From: Ramazzottius varieornatus
Lineage: Eukaryota > Animalia > Tardigrada
Direction of reading: 5' to 3'
Assembly: GCA_001949185.1 (NCBI GenBank)
Contig: BDGG01000006.1
Span: 478,827-542,826, forward strand
Length of the DNA: 64,000 bases
Below, piece by piece: positions 39,770 through 54,441 of the stretch. The notes under the pieces were generated by a model. That model searched no databases and was not told the DNA's origin. It worked only from the letters and a program-made list of their open reading frames with translations. A program made the translations under genes and the position numbers. Position 1 is the stretch's first letter; each line of letters begins with the position of its first letter.

Positions 39770-41720
39770 ATTCTTCTTTTTCGGTGTCGAGCTTGTACGG
39801 AACCGTCTTTTCTTTTATTTTCTATTCTTTCGTTTCTGGAGACATTTCAAACAGCGCATATCTGGCTCAGTTTTTTAATTTAATAATTCTTGCTCAATAT
39901 CGTGGTCAGAATCATAACGTGCAACGGTAAGATACCCGCAGTGGGGTTCGAATTGGCTCTTAGCAGACATAAAACATTCCGGTAATGTTATGTAATGCAT
40001 ACTTAGGGCGCCTGTGAGGATACACGAATCAGTCTCTCGCCGTATTCCCGCAGTACAACTGAAACGTTCGAGTCAGACACTGAGAGCAGAATACACACGT
40101 TGTATACCTGCCAGATTTTCAAGACACCGCTGATGGATGTTAGACACTAGTAATAATCGGTAGTGTATCGAATCCACTTCTAGTGTCTTACTATTTTGAC
40201 TCTTTTATCTGGGGACGACTGATTATCACAGTAGATGAAGCTGTCGCAATTCGAGTCAGGCTTAGCAGCATGCTCGCCAATCGACCCATTGTGGGATGGA
40301 GCGCTTGATAAAAACATGGTTTTTGCCTTTCAAGGATGGTTTCTGCCTGTCAGTAAAGTTCGGGGTGTCAGTAGCTGCTTACCGGAGTAGGGGTTTCCTA
40401 ATTAGTGAATTAAGTAGGGGTGCCTTCAGCAAACAGGAATTAAATAGGAGTGCGATAGGGGTGCCTATAGCCAAACGGGGTTTTCAGGGGTGCCTATAGC
40501 CATTTCCCTCGAAATTAAGAATCCCAGGCTGGAAATTTCCAATATTGATTAGATTTGTATTAGAATTCGGAAAACTGGAATGAATTATAATTGATAATAG
40601 AAATTAGTTTCCGGCGAACACGTGTGCGCATGTGCGTGCCACACGAGGGAGCAAGGCATGATGCTTACTGTACTGCGTCGTGAGCCACCCGCGGTGCATC
40701 AGCGTACGCGCGAAGTTGAACCCCGGCCCCGACATTTTTTTCCTACCAACCCCCTGACGGCTGTTTCAATATTATGATGACGTGCGTGCAAGATTTGATG
40801 GGACATTACAGTACCTGATCAATCTGCGCGTCAGTATTGAATGCCTTGAGGATAGCGTGCTTCGTGTTGAACATCTGACGGGAAGACGTTGTGCCAAGGA
40901 GGAACAATTATGCCACATACCCCATTTTTAAGCAGCAACTTCCAACTTCAATCTGAAAAGTTTAAAACTATTTGGTTTATCATATGAAACCGAAAAAAAC
41001 GACAACAAAGTCGAGCTTGTTTACAAAATAAGTTTGGAACTTGAACTTTGGCCGTTTTGCCGGGACAACCCCTTCCATGTCAAAGAGTGTAACTTCTGAT
41101 TTGGGCAGTATATCTCTGCTTTTAAGCTCGTCGCAGGTAGCCTTGTTATTGTTCAATTTGTTTTAGCTGTTAACAGCACAGAAAAAGCAGAAAAAATCAA
41201 GAAGACCATTTTTGAAAAATGCCGAAAAATCTGCGAAAGCTGTCTTTTCGAGGGTCTTCCGTTGTCACAAAAATTCGTCGTACGGCCGTGTCTCGTATAG
41301 TTTAACATATTTGTTCTTGATAACGATACGCCATTGTTTTCGCTATCTACGAATGCCATGTTCGACGCGAAAACATTTTGATGGAGAGAGCTCTGATTTT
41401 CAGAAGGTGGTAGCGATGTGGCCCGAACGGGCTGTAATTTGGCAGAGCTGAGTCTCAGATAATTGAAATTGCTGCCGCCCCCAAGTATTCCGATTAATCG
41501 TGATTGCAATTAGATTCGAAAAAGTCATATTGGAGCAGCACTGGTCAAAAACACTTGTGCACTGGGTAAAGCTTTCCAGTATGGCGTGGCCAATCGTCGT
41601 CATATGGAGCTACGTTGAGAGGAAAAGTGTTAGTAGTTTAACCAATCATACCGTTATGATATGTCCGCTATGATTAACAATGTATCCTGATTCGGTAAAC
41701 CAAGTTGTTTTCTCTCAATA

Positions 41721-41989
41721 CAGACATTAAGTTGCCACCGCCGGATGGACGTCCCACTGTAGCTAAGATGAGTTGCAACGCCACTCATAAGCGCAGCAGC
41801 TGATCAGAACGTTGAATAGTTGGGCAGCCACCATGCTTCTCAATGCTAACCAACCGTAACTCCGATTACGCTATTTCTCGAAAATAAGGGGAGCTCCGGA
41901 AAGCAAAATGTAGTTACGCGTCCCGAAAGGGGCGGAGCAAGGCCGTAGCTACAGTTGCAAAGTGAACGGGAGTGGCAACTTAATCTCTA
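41721..41989. mobile_element. TA-flanked MITE
   Basis: TA|cagacattaagttgccac ... gtggcaacttaatctcta|TA; inner actgtagcta/tagctacagt inverted pair. Confidence 0.7.
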
Positions 41990-44205
41990 TAATGCCCGCT
42001 CCATACCGTGCGACCTGGCTACGCCTTGGTGAAAAGCTTTGCCCAGTGCTAACTTCCTGAAATATCTTATGTTCACTTTCGCGCCTGTTCAGTCTCCCCG
42101 TTTAGCGGCCACCTTCCCGAGAGCCAAAACCTTTTCCGCTGCCGTCTACCGATTTCCTCTTGTTCACCTGGATGCTGGCTTCTTTGCGATGTCCGTACTC
42201 CGCCTGGAAACACTAAAGATTCAGTTATAGAAGATTTTACGTTTTCGTATCCGCTACAGTATGGGTCGTTGGCCATTCCCGTAAATACTGATATTCTTCA
42301 TCCAACGCAGATTCCTACGGCCAAACAGGAGTCCTGTGTCGTTTTGCTTCGTTCAGAAATGTAAAACGATTGAAAGAGATAGCCTTCTTCGTTCTTTGCT
42401 TCCAGTTCTGCGTAAGTTTGCGTGAATCTCGAAAAGCTGAAGAATGACCAAATGTAAAACCTCGTCTTTGCTGAATTTCGACGAAGACATATTGTCGGGT
42501 GTCCCTGGTTAGCGTTTGGATCCCAGTCGAAATCTTCAGACAGTTATGTAACTGAGCTTTGCTTACCGTCAGGGACAACCTGGCTCATCCCACAGACGTA
42601 GAATTGTCGCAACAAGCGGGATGGCACAGCAAAATCCGACTTTCTGTCAATCAGCTGTTCCCCAAGTGCTCCCTCCAAGTCTCGCAAGGTATAGAAGATA
42701 ACAGGGATGGATGGGAGCAGGAAGCTGAATCGTGGAGAGCGACGGAAGGTGGAGGAAGGTGGAGGAAGGTGGTCGTTAGCCAGAACCAACGGAAGCAGTC
42801 AATAGCGACAAAATTTTATCGTCTGGAAATTTACAAGTCCAACATTTTGGGCGTGCATCAGCCACTTACAAACAGGCGCACACCATGCGCTCGATTACAA
42901 ATGCGCTGGTTGAGAAAAGTGTACTATGGGTACCTGTCCGGCCCAAACGGAAGTACGGAATACACTTCGGTCAGTACTTTGCTAGGTACTTTTTTTCTTG
43001 GTTGAGCCTCGCGAAGAAGGCGAAATCGAGAGATGACAACTTCCGCCCCTCATGTGTAGCTCTTGTGGTTACTTCGCGTTTCTCCAAGATATGATCATGA
43101 ACCCATGGCCACTCCTTTGGAGTCCAAGCTTTGTAATACAAAACTTAGAAGCGGAATCAAGCATATGTCGCTGACACACCGTTTTGCATGCTTTGATTGA
43201 GAGGACTCGCTCTTGGTCATCCTGCATCCGGGCAGATTTTCCTTGATTGTCCACACGTCACAGCCTAACCCGCCCAGTGTGGACTTTAGACTCTACGTCA
43301 CTCAGGCATTTCTTGCTCACATAGCTGGTAAATGTTGCAGGACCAACAGTTATATTGAGTACGTCGAAAGTTGCTCTGTTGATTGACCAGTTCACATAAT
43401 TTTTGACAGTGTTTACTTGGCTACTAGACATAAACATAATTTAGCTTCTGGGAGCTGGATCTGGACTTCCTCGATATCAAAATGCAGCCAAGAAGCCACT
43501 GCACGTACAGGAACTAAGTACTACAGTAATGCTGTTGCAGAAGCAGCCAGATGATAGAAAAGCGAACAGCCATTTTTTAAGGCTAAAAGTTGATGACGTA
43601 TATCAGCTGTATAACAGAATGGCTTATCAGTGCAGTAGTCTAAAGTCCAAACTTAGTGAGTCAGACTGTAGCGTGCGGCCAATCAAGGAGAACCTGCCCG
43701 GATGCAGGATGACCAAGAGCGAGTCCTCTCAATCAGAACATGCAAAACGGTACCGAAGCTGAAGTAAGCTCAGAAGATCGCTCAAGATTTTCTGGAGGAA
43801 GTGATCTAAGCAGCGGCTCAAAAATTTCCCTGCTCAAGAGTGCTCCCCTCTCTGTTGTGAACCCGGCCCTAGCGTATTTCTGAGGTCAACTGACCCTGGT
43901 ATTGTCAACTGTGCCAGTAACACCAGTACAAGTGGCGCCGCCAAAGGTACCAGTGTGTACCATTCGTCCACAATGCAAAACGTAGTATGTGAGAGGCAAC
44001 GGGGAATATTTACGCTCGCGGCTGCTGATGCAGTAGAATGGCAGTATTATTTTGCCCGGTGAAATGTAAACTTACTTTCGGCCGAAGGCGTGGCTTTCAT
44101 TTTGAGTTTGTTTGATTGATTTTCCTGGTCAAAATTATTTTTACTTTTCTTTGTCGAAGGGGTGGCTTGTTCATTCTCCTCTTACCTTCCCTAGGATTTC
44201 TCACA

Positions 44206-46870
<2,665 letters not shown>

Positions 46871-47418
46871 ACTGTTCGGTCGTGCTAAATAGTTATGCTA
46901 AAACTGTGAAGATTCTTCAGCTCTTGACTGTGTTCGTGATAGTCATCTGTAGCTTTTACCTGGAGGAGATATCACGTGTATGTAGAAATAATATATTGTT
47001 CGTCAGTCGATGATGCTTTTCTTCCACATTATCATACTCAGCATTCGTCACACGAAAGTCTTGTTTTTCCCTTTTCCTCCATTTCTTGACATTCCACAAA
47101 ACCCTAATTATGTTTCCCGACTCTTTTCGTGTGTAGTTCTTAACTTGACACCAATGCTTTTTTTTCCAAGTTTTATTTACCCATCAGTTTCCCGTTTGCT
47201 GTTTCCATACTCTTCACTTCTGGTTGCCGTAAATTTGTCTTCAAGTACGCGTATCGCTCTTTCCAGTGATTTAGCTGTTATAATAAAGTAGACTGAAGAT
47301 TAACTACAAGGGCAGAGGAAAGAAACAAGATGACACATCGACGGACAGTTAGAACTTGAAACCGAGTTCAGCTCCAAGTCGAGATCAGTTCCATATCAGC
47401 TTCTTTTCCTGGTCGTTG

Positions 47419-47800
47419 TTATTCCCACTCTCTCCTCATGGCCACGAGGACCTTTGGATTGAACCGAGGTCCCCACAAAGGATGAAGCTGGCACATGTAT
47501 CCCACCAGCCAACTGCAATACAGGAAAGATTGGTTAACGTGGTGATCAATGGACGGAAGATTCCAGAGAGATGGGTCCTACAGTAGAACTTACAACATAT
47601 AGCAGCAGACCGCAGTAAGGACCAGCATCACGCGGATAAGTCTGTAAGAAGAACGGGATACAATATGACCGAACACTGTAGACTGTTGGTAGTTACTGGA
47701 CTAACCCTCGGTCATGGATGCGTTTGGGGAGGACGAACGGTCCCACTACTCCGACAGCCAGCCAGAAGAAGGTGATGAGGACGACAGCCAGCGCACCCAT
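47419..47800 (-). CDS. ATP6V0E: V-type proton ATPase subunit e (V0, M9.7), 3 coding exons; not in the ORF track
   Basis: Exons 47800-47706, 47641-47594, 47512-47419 give MGALAVVLITFFWLAVGVVGPFVLPKRIHDRGLIRVMLVLTAVCCYMFWLVGYMCQLHPLWGPRFNPKVLVAMRREWE*, matching the subunit e pattern GP..P..RG....ML.LTAVCC.LFW...Q..PL.GP. Confidence 0.92.
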
Positions 47801-48476
47801 GATTTCCCCCTTCAAGTTATCTCCTGGCCAGGTTTAGCAAACGTGATGAGGTATTCAAACGAAGGTCTAGAAATCTGAAAGAAACTGAAATCATCAATCA
47901 TGTAAAGAGTGAAGGAGACACCCTGGTCCCAGTTAGCTGGAAACAGGAAGAGCCTGATTGCGATACGGAGCGCTTCACAGGAAGGTGGAAATCGATGAAC
48001 AAGCTACCCCGACCTGGTGGCGCATTGAGCCGTTGAAGCCAGATGGAAGCTCGCGTCACCGGAAGTGAATAGAGTTTGCGACTCGCATGGATCGATAGAC
48101 GACTGAGTTGGACTTGAGCTACCAAAACGAAGGCGCGTGTAATCGATTGTTTATTGAACTTTATTCTGTGACGGAGGTCGAAACGAGAGAGAGTACAGTA
48201 CAATACTATAAAACAGAGCCGCCGGCTGCAACAGGCTCCTTGTTGATCGATGAACCGCTTCAAAGACCGACGGGTTTCAATCATAAAACCATCGAGCTGC
48301 GACTTATGCTTACACGAAACAACAGAAACTCGTGAGATATGAATCTCAGGCGTAGACTCTACAGAGTATATAGTTGAAAAACGCAAGAAAGAGGTAGGGA
48401 ACTGGAAAGCTTATATCAGAAGAAATTGTGAAGAATTGAGCTTGAAACAAAATACCACAGTTCTGGCTGGCGATCG

Positions 48477-49617
48477 TCACCGCTTGATGTGGTTCGACAT
48501 CCATTCCAAACCCTGGTAAAGCCTAGAAAACCCACCATGGCATAGTGAGTCACGAGAAATCAAGAACCGGTAAGCTTAGTTCGCCAGGTAAAAAGTCTCA
48601 TTCATACTTACCCTTCGCCACTCAAGGCACAACAGGCTTGAATCTGCCACCGATGCGTTTTGATGCTGGTGAGGTTCAAGGCGTCAGAGAGCTCCGCGGA
48701 CGTCATGGCACCTTTGAGATCCTGCTTATTGGCGAATACTAGCACGCTGGCTTTCTTCAGGTCCTGCAAGAAAAGAGTTTCAACAACCATACATGAGTTG
48801 TGCAGGATGCAGGTGAATGAAGTACCTCATGAGGAAGCATCCGGTACAGTTCTTCCTTGACAAGCCCAATGCGCTGCCTGTCCATACAATCGACGACCAA
48901 TATGAGAAACTACAAAAGAAATATGATGCACTCTTTGAGTTAAAAAGGAAGAAGGGAAGGATCTACCTCTGTACTGCTGTAGTAGGAAGTCCACGACGGC
49001 CGAAGGGAGTCTTGTCCAGCGAGGTCCCACATGACGAATCTCAGGTTCTTCCATTTGACTTCCTCAACGTTGCTACCGATCGTCGGCGTCGTGTGGACCA
49101 CTTCCTTCATTGTGCTGAAATAAAAAGACAAGTTGCCAGATCTGAATAAGTGAGAGCTCCCCGATAGATACGTTACAGAGCAAGCCGGAAGTGGTCTCCG
49201 AGGAGCGAACCTACAATTGATAAAGTATGGTGGTTTTTCCAGCGTTGTCCAACCCGAGTATCAGCACTTTATGCTCTGAAAACAGAAAATTCGTATGATA
49301 TCGTCGTATACGTCCCTTATCGCACTGTATCGTTATGAGAATGTAGTTTCGGGAAGGTCTCAGAAGGAGAGAAAGGCTGACTTTCGCGAGCAGGTAATAC
49401 ACGCTGTATGCATGTGCACACCTCTAGGGCCATCATGTACGGACCATCTGCGCGCACAGCTGATTACGGCATCGGTCCTTGATTGTTGATTGAGCGCGAA
49501 GTTAACCGGAAGTGACTGTAACATCCCTCTCACGCTCGAAACATCAAATTCCAGAAATTCCGAGAGCTTACCTTCGTCTCCCCACAAGCTCCATAATTTA
49601 GCCAAGAGTATCCCCAT
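48477..49617 (-). CDS. ARL5: ADP-ribosylation factor-like GTPase 5, 6 exons
   Basis: Exons 49617-49572, 49275-49215, 49114-48967, 48909-48826, 48763-48612, 48522-48477: [75 protein letters not shown]. Confidence 0.95.
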
Positions 49618-50310
49618 GCTTTTCGCCAAAACGAGCTCAAGGACAAGAGGGCGAGTCAATCCATAACAATTTTCCAAGATTTTCTGTAAAGAGGGACGCG
49701 TGACGCGACGACGAGTTCAGCAAGTCGTCTTCCTAAGAGGCGCACAATCGCCTGCTGAAAGAACATAACTCTGGATCTGGGTTCGCAAGAGCTCCCGGAT
49801 TTCCATGCGAAGCGGACCAGTGGAGGAATATCTGGCAAGACTGGCATAAGACTACAAACCGTTACGAATAGTCGGAATAGAACTTCGTACCTATCGGAAA
49901 TCGCAATCATCCATCCAGCCAGCAGCACGTTCAGCTTCCCTCACGATTTCCTTCAACAACGCTGACAAGCAAGTTGTAGGTTACCGAGTTGGTATTTACG
50001 TAAGCAGAAAAGCAGCAGGAAATGCGAACGCTTGCTTGTTTTTTCCGCGAAGGAATGCAACTTGGAAAAACAAACTTTCCTGAGATCACAGCTCGCGACA
50101 TGCACCTACATACCCATTAACCTTGTTTGATTGATGGTCGGCAGACTGATATTGCAAGAACCACAAGTCCACAACTACTTATCATTTTGAACTTCGTCAA
50201 TCGTCATTCGTCAGACGGTCAAAGCACTAGTCATTCCTCAGCTTTCCGGTCGGCGGTCACTAGTTGATAATCCCTAAGGCATTAACCCTGAAATATATAG
50301 GAGGCGGAAG

Positions 50311-52246
50311 ATGGACGACTCCTGTATAGAAGACCCGGATGTATCCAGCATGCAAATCTGCTCGGCAAGCGGCAGCTTCGAAAGCACAGAATTCACCGAT
50401 GACTTGAACAGCACCGCGTTGTTCACCGACCTTCCGTCTGGTCTCCTCGACGGTGTTTTCGACTATGTCGACCTGAAACCTTCAGCTGCATTGCGCAGGT
50501 ACAGTCCTACAAGTTTTTTTACTAGCGACAAGCGTTCCACATTTGTCTTTGCACAGGGTTTGCTGGGACTGGAATCGACGCCTGACTTCCGCCTACTACT
50601 TCCGAATCTTCCACTCTTCCCTCGTCCAGTTCGCTCGAATGTTCGGCGATGAATGTTCCAAAGTTATGGGAGGGAAGCCCATGCAGGTTTCCGACCAGTC
50701 GGCCGTTTATATGCTACAGAGGAGGACGCGCGTCCGAAAATTAGTATTATTCGGTAATGATGCAGAATGTGGTACAGAATAACGAAAGTGGCGCATAATG
50801 TCATTGTTTAACATGAGCGATATCGTTTCCATCTTGACGTCCTGCGCCACTTTACGTATGTTTTTCGTGTTTTCTGGTTTTTCCGTTCTCTTTGTGAACA
50901 CATTCTCATTTTCTGAGTTTTCTTTCAGGTAAAGGCTCGGAAAGCCTCGTCGAGCGCAAGCCGATTCCGCTCGACAAGCTTGTGTCCGCCATCGTCAAGT
51001 TTCCTCAGCTGCAGACGTTGACTCTGCACCAGCACAGACTTTCCACTCACGAGCTGAAGCAGCTCATCTGGAGCCTTCCCGTTGGGTGTGTCCTCTGCCT
51101 GAAGGACGTTAGAATTCACGATGTCGATAAGTATGTCCTACCACCTTCGTGGCTGTTTACTCGGCGCAGTGGCTTTGTCAATATCAGCGACATGGTCAAA
51201 GTCCGCGTTCACGGCGCGGATAAGAGCAAGACAATAGAAGAGCCTGCCAACGAAGCCCGCTTCGCTGAACAAATCGTTTCTCTGGCCAGAAGATTCGCCG
51301 ATCCTATGGACCCTTCAGAACTGGAGTCCATCAAGAATCATCTGCACCGACGCTTCGATGTCCAAGGGCTGGAAACTGTCGTCGGAGATATCATCCGTCT
51401 GTAAGGAAGACATGAACGTCTGGCAAATGACTTGAACATCATTCGTTTTCTCAATTGGCGCACGTCATCAGTGTTCTTATCTGCAACTGTGTTGTTGCAG
51501 ATAAGACCATTGATGACGTGCGCCACTTGGGAAAACAATCTTGCCGAGTTTCCCGTTTGGCGCACAGTTGCAGCCAGTGACCACGAAAACGTGCGTCACT
51601 CGAGACAACCATTGGGTATCGGCAGCCCAATTTTGGCGGAAACGATCGCCAACCAAATTGTTCAGGAATCGACTTTTAAGTTTTGGGACCCCAAGGACAG
51701 AGTTAAACCGGTGATGCAATCTGGTGTAACAGACATCGAGGAATACGACGTTGAAGTCCATTTGGCCATCTGCCCACTGGTCAAACGGCTACATCAAGAT
51801 TCAAGAGGATGCAAAGGGGTTAGAGGTTTTCAAGGAAGATTTTTGACGTCAGAACCCCCACACTGGGGTATTTTAGCTTTTAAACACCCCTGAAATTTTC
51901 TGGAGTACCTTCTCAAAAGGGCGAACAGTTTTGCTGGACTTCTGTCCGTGGCGAAGCTAGCAATCGATGCCCCTTGAAATTGCCTACAATGCGATTTCGA
52001 GAAAGGGTGGTTCAGAGCTAAAAAAACTACCTTCAAAAATAAGCTGCCGAATACTGATAGTCCGATGCCCAATTGTGTTCAGTCCATTTGTAGAGTTCGT
52101 CACTTTTCGTCGTTTGCTTTACTGTTTTGTTTTTCAGGTACGAACAGCGGGATGTCGTCTACTGGAACGTTATCGTCTTGGATGTGAAGGCTCTGAGACC
52201 GCTGACCGCTCGCCTGCTGGAGAAGCTCGTTCTGGAAATTTTGTGA
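50311..52246 (+). CDS. F-box-like protein, tandem paralog A
   Basis: Exons 50311-50498, 50557-50753, 50929-51400, 52138-52246; F-box-like LFTDLPSGLLDGVFDYVDLKPSAALRRVCWDWNRRL; same exon structure as, and aligns with, the next gene. Confidence 0.75.
50785..50853. repeat. Degenerate single palindromic module, F-box A intron 2
   Basis: aaagtggcgca..(~47 nt)..tgcgccacttt. Confidence 0.5.
51421..51610. repeat. Palindromic-module element, 2 modules (first expanded into a long hairpin), F-box A intron 3
   Basis: ttggcgcacg..cgtgcgccacttggga aaacaatcttgccgag ttggcgcaca..cgtgcgtcact. Confidence 0.85.
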
Positions 52247-52914
52247 AACGGTTTCGACCAAAGACATTTTCCCTGTTAGACTTTCTTCGCGTGATTCTTT
52301 TCTGACTTGTTGACTAACTTAAAAATGTTTATCATTGTTGAGGTTTATCATCGCTGATGAAGTTTCCAGACTAACCGAATAATTTAAGGTTCCTAAACAT
52401 TCGACAAGCAGTATTCATTGTTTTTCCTTCCAGTTTTTTTTTTATGCAAAATGCACATCTTCCCAGCTGCTTACAGACCATGTACAGTCGACTTACCGTT
52501 TACAAAAGTGTGGTAGTTTTCTAGGTTAATGCAAGTTTTCCAGTCTAGATTTTCAGATGCATATACATATGTATTTACAAAATACTTGGCGACCTGACAT
52601 GAGCACGTGGACGTGAACACGGAAGTTGGCGCAGGTGGCGGACACTGGGCAGTAACTGCGTTATAGTCACGTGGCTTTGTGACTGTTTTGGCGTGAAGCT
52701 GAGCTTAATGTGCTACGTCAACCACGGATGAGTCCTTCAACGTGACGTATGATGCAATGGCCTTGCTCCATTAAATTTTATTTTCTGTGGTTTTGAAACT
52801 TCCGTCTCTATCCGCCCGTTGGCAGGTTTACAGGTGCTTTGCTCGGTTTCTTCACGATGTAGCTCCGTGGAGGAAGAAACTATAGGAACCAGAGTACAAC
52901 GGCAGGAGCGGGCG

Positions 52915-54441
52915 ATGCCACGGTACAAGCGCAAGTTGAGCAAGATGGACCATTCCACTCATCTACATTCCACTGGGGAAGCCCAGCCGGAGCCCGGACA
53001 AGGACGGCCTGAACCATCCCATCCAAAGCTTCATTTCCACGATGTCCACGACATTGCTCTGGACCTTGTATTTAAGCATGTCAGTCTTCCTTCTGCATGC
53101 GTCTTACGCAGGTACGTGGAATATTCATTTGCGAGAGTGAGGAAGTCGACTCATGGTGAACATTTCTCCAAAGAGTTTGCAAGCGTTGGAACGACCATCT
53201 GGATGCTCCTTTTCAACTTTGTACCCTCGCGCTCTTGAACAAAGATCTTCTTCGAGAAGATTTGCGGGAATACATCAAGGAGAGAAGAAACTTCGTCCGC
53301 AACATCCTATATTACGGTATGTTGATTTGCTGTCAATCAGCAATCTAGTTTTGGTGAGGTAATGCGCAACATTGTAGGAAATAACGCTGAAGGACATCAC
53401 TTGCATTTCATTATCTTACATACTAATATGTCATTGCACTGATTGGTTCATGATTGCAGGGAAGTACGTTTTCGGCCAGGAAGACGCCAATACCCGACTG
53501 TACCAGTTCTGTTGCATGTTCCAAAATGTTTCTGACATGCAGAGAATCGTCCTGAGCGAACACAACATCAGTAGCTCTATGTTGAGAAAGTTAACCGAGA
53601 AGACTTTTCCAAAGCAGTGTCGGTTGTTCCTGACGAAGCTCCTCGTCTCCGACGTCGATCGCTACTTGATACCTGAGTCGTGGTATTCCCTCACGATCGA
53701 AAGGCGCAGCGGGTCTACGCGAATAGGAAATTTGCTGGTGGAAATCGACATGAATGTCAATGTAGAGGGAAAGACGGAACAGGAGAAGGAAGTAATGTTC
53801 GGTCGGCAAGTCCAACGGATGGCGCACGCTTGCGCGACACCTATGGACGAGTACGAGATTTGTGCCCTGAAGACGCGGCTGAACAGGATGGTCTTTGTGC
53901 ATAATGTCCCGGGAAGTTCTGGAGCTTGGCTGGAACAAGTTCTCAAAGATATTCTAAAACAGTAGGGAAAGAACTTCGAATTAGACAACGAGACTCAATA
54001 AGATTGTTTTTTAGGTGACGCACGATTTCTGTCAGTTACACAGCAAGGGTGCGCCACTTGGGAAACCCACTGGACAAGATCGCTTGTTGGCGCACTCTTG
54101 CAGCCAGTCATAGTTAAAACGTGCGCCACTTGGGAAACAAAGTGGACAAGATCGGATTTTCCAAGTGGCGCATATTTTCGGCCAGTGAGGCTGAGGCCGT
54201 GCGCTACTCGGCATAGCGGTCTTGTCACGTTATTTTTCCGAGCTCCCCATTTGATTTGTTTTTGATTTTGATAGTGGGAATACTGATATGGTTTCTTCTT
54301 TGCAGGCACGAAGGACCGGAGTTTCTCTTCGTGAACGTCGTCCAGCTGGAACTGGGTGGACTGCGTCCCCTGACGGTGAGACTGGTGGAGAGACTGCTGA
54401 TGGAAATCATGAGCTCTGGCGTTCTCAACAATAACTTGTGA
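52915..54441 (+). CDS. F-box-like protein, tandem paralog B
   Basis: Exons 52915-53111, 53174-53316, 53460-53961, 54306-54441; FHDVHDIALDLVFKHVSLPSACVLRRVCKRWNDHL; shares DVD.Y..P.SW..RRSG, PMD..E...K..L and LRPLT.RL.E.L..EI with paralog A. Confidence 0.75.
53985..54248. repeat. Palindromic-module element, 3 modules, F-box B intron 3
   Basis: Three tggcgca/gtgcgccactt pairs with tggacaagatcg linkers; right end tccgagctcccc. Confidence 0.88.

Larger units (their letters stand above)
34765..40508. mobile_element. Mutator-like element (MULE) carrying captured host gene fragments (Pack-MULE candidate)
   Basis: Left end gggtgatgctataggcacccc, right end ggggtgcctatagccatttccc; subterminal cacccc/ggggtg repeats; 9-bp TSD ttaaaatta (34756-64) / tcgaaatta (40509-17); the flanks rejoin to match the uninterrupted paralog at 34070-34100. 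Confidence 0.82.

Noticed and set aside
42544-43762. Scattered ORFs upstream of V-ATPase B
   Set aside because: No recognisable family; interrupted by stops.
47800-48477. ARL5 and V-ATPase e as a trans-spliced operon
   Set aside because: The acceptor at 47867 has a plausible cis donor near 47921, and a CG-rich stretch with ccggaagt (48059) could be its own promoter; no direct evidence for polycistronic transcription.
51610-52075. Possible additional TIR element in F-box A intron 3
   Set aside because: Terminal similarity (gtatcggcagc / gctgccgaatac) is short and no TSD could be fixed.
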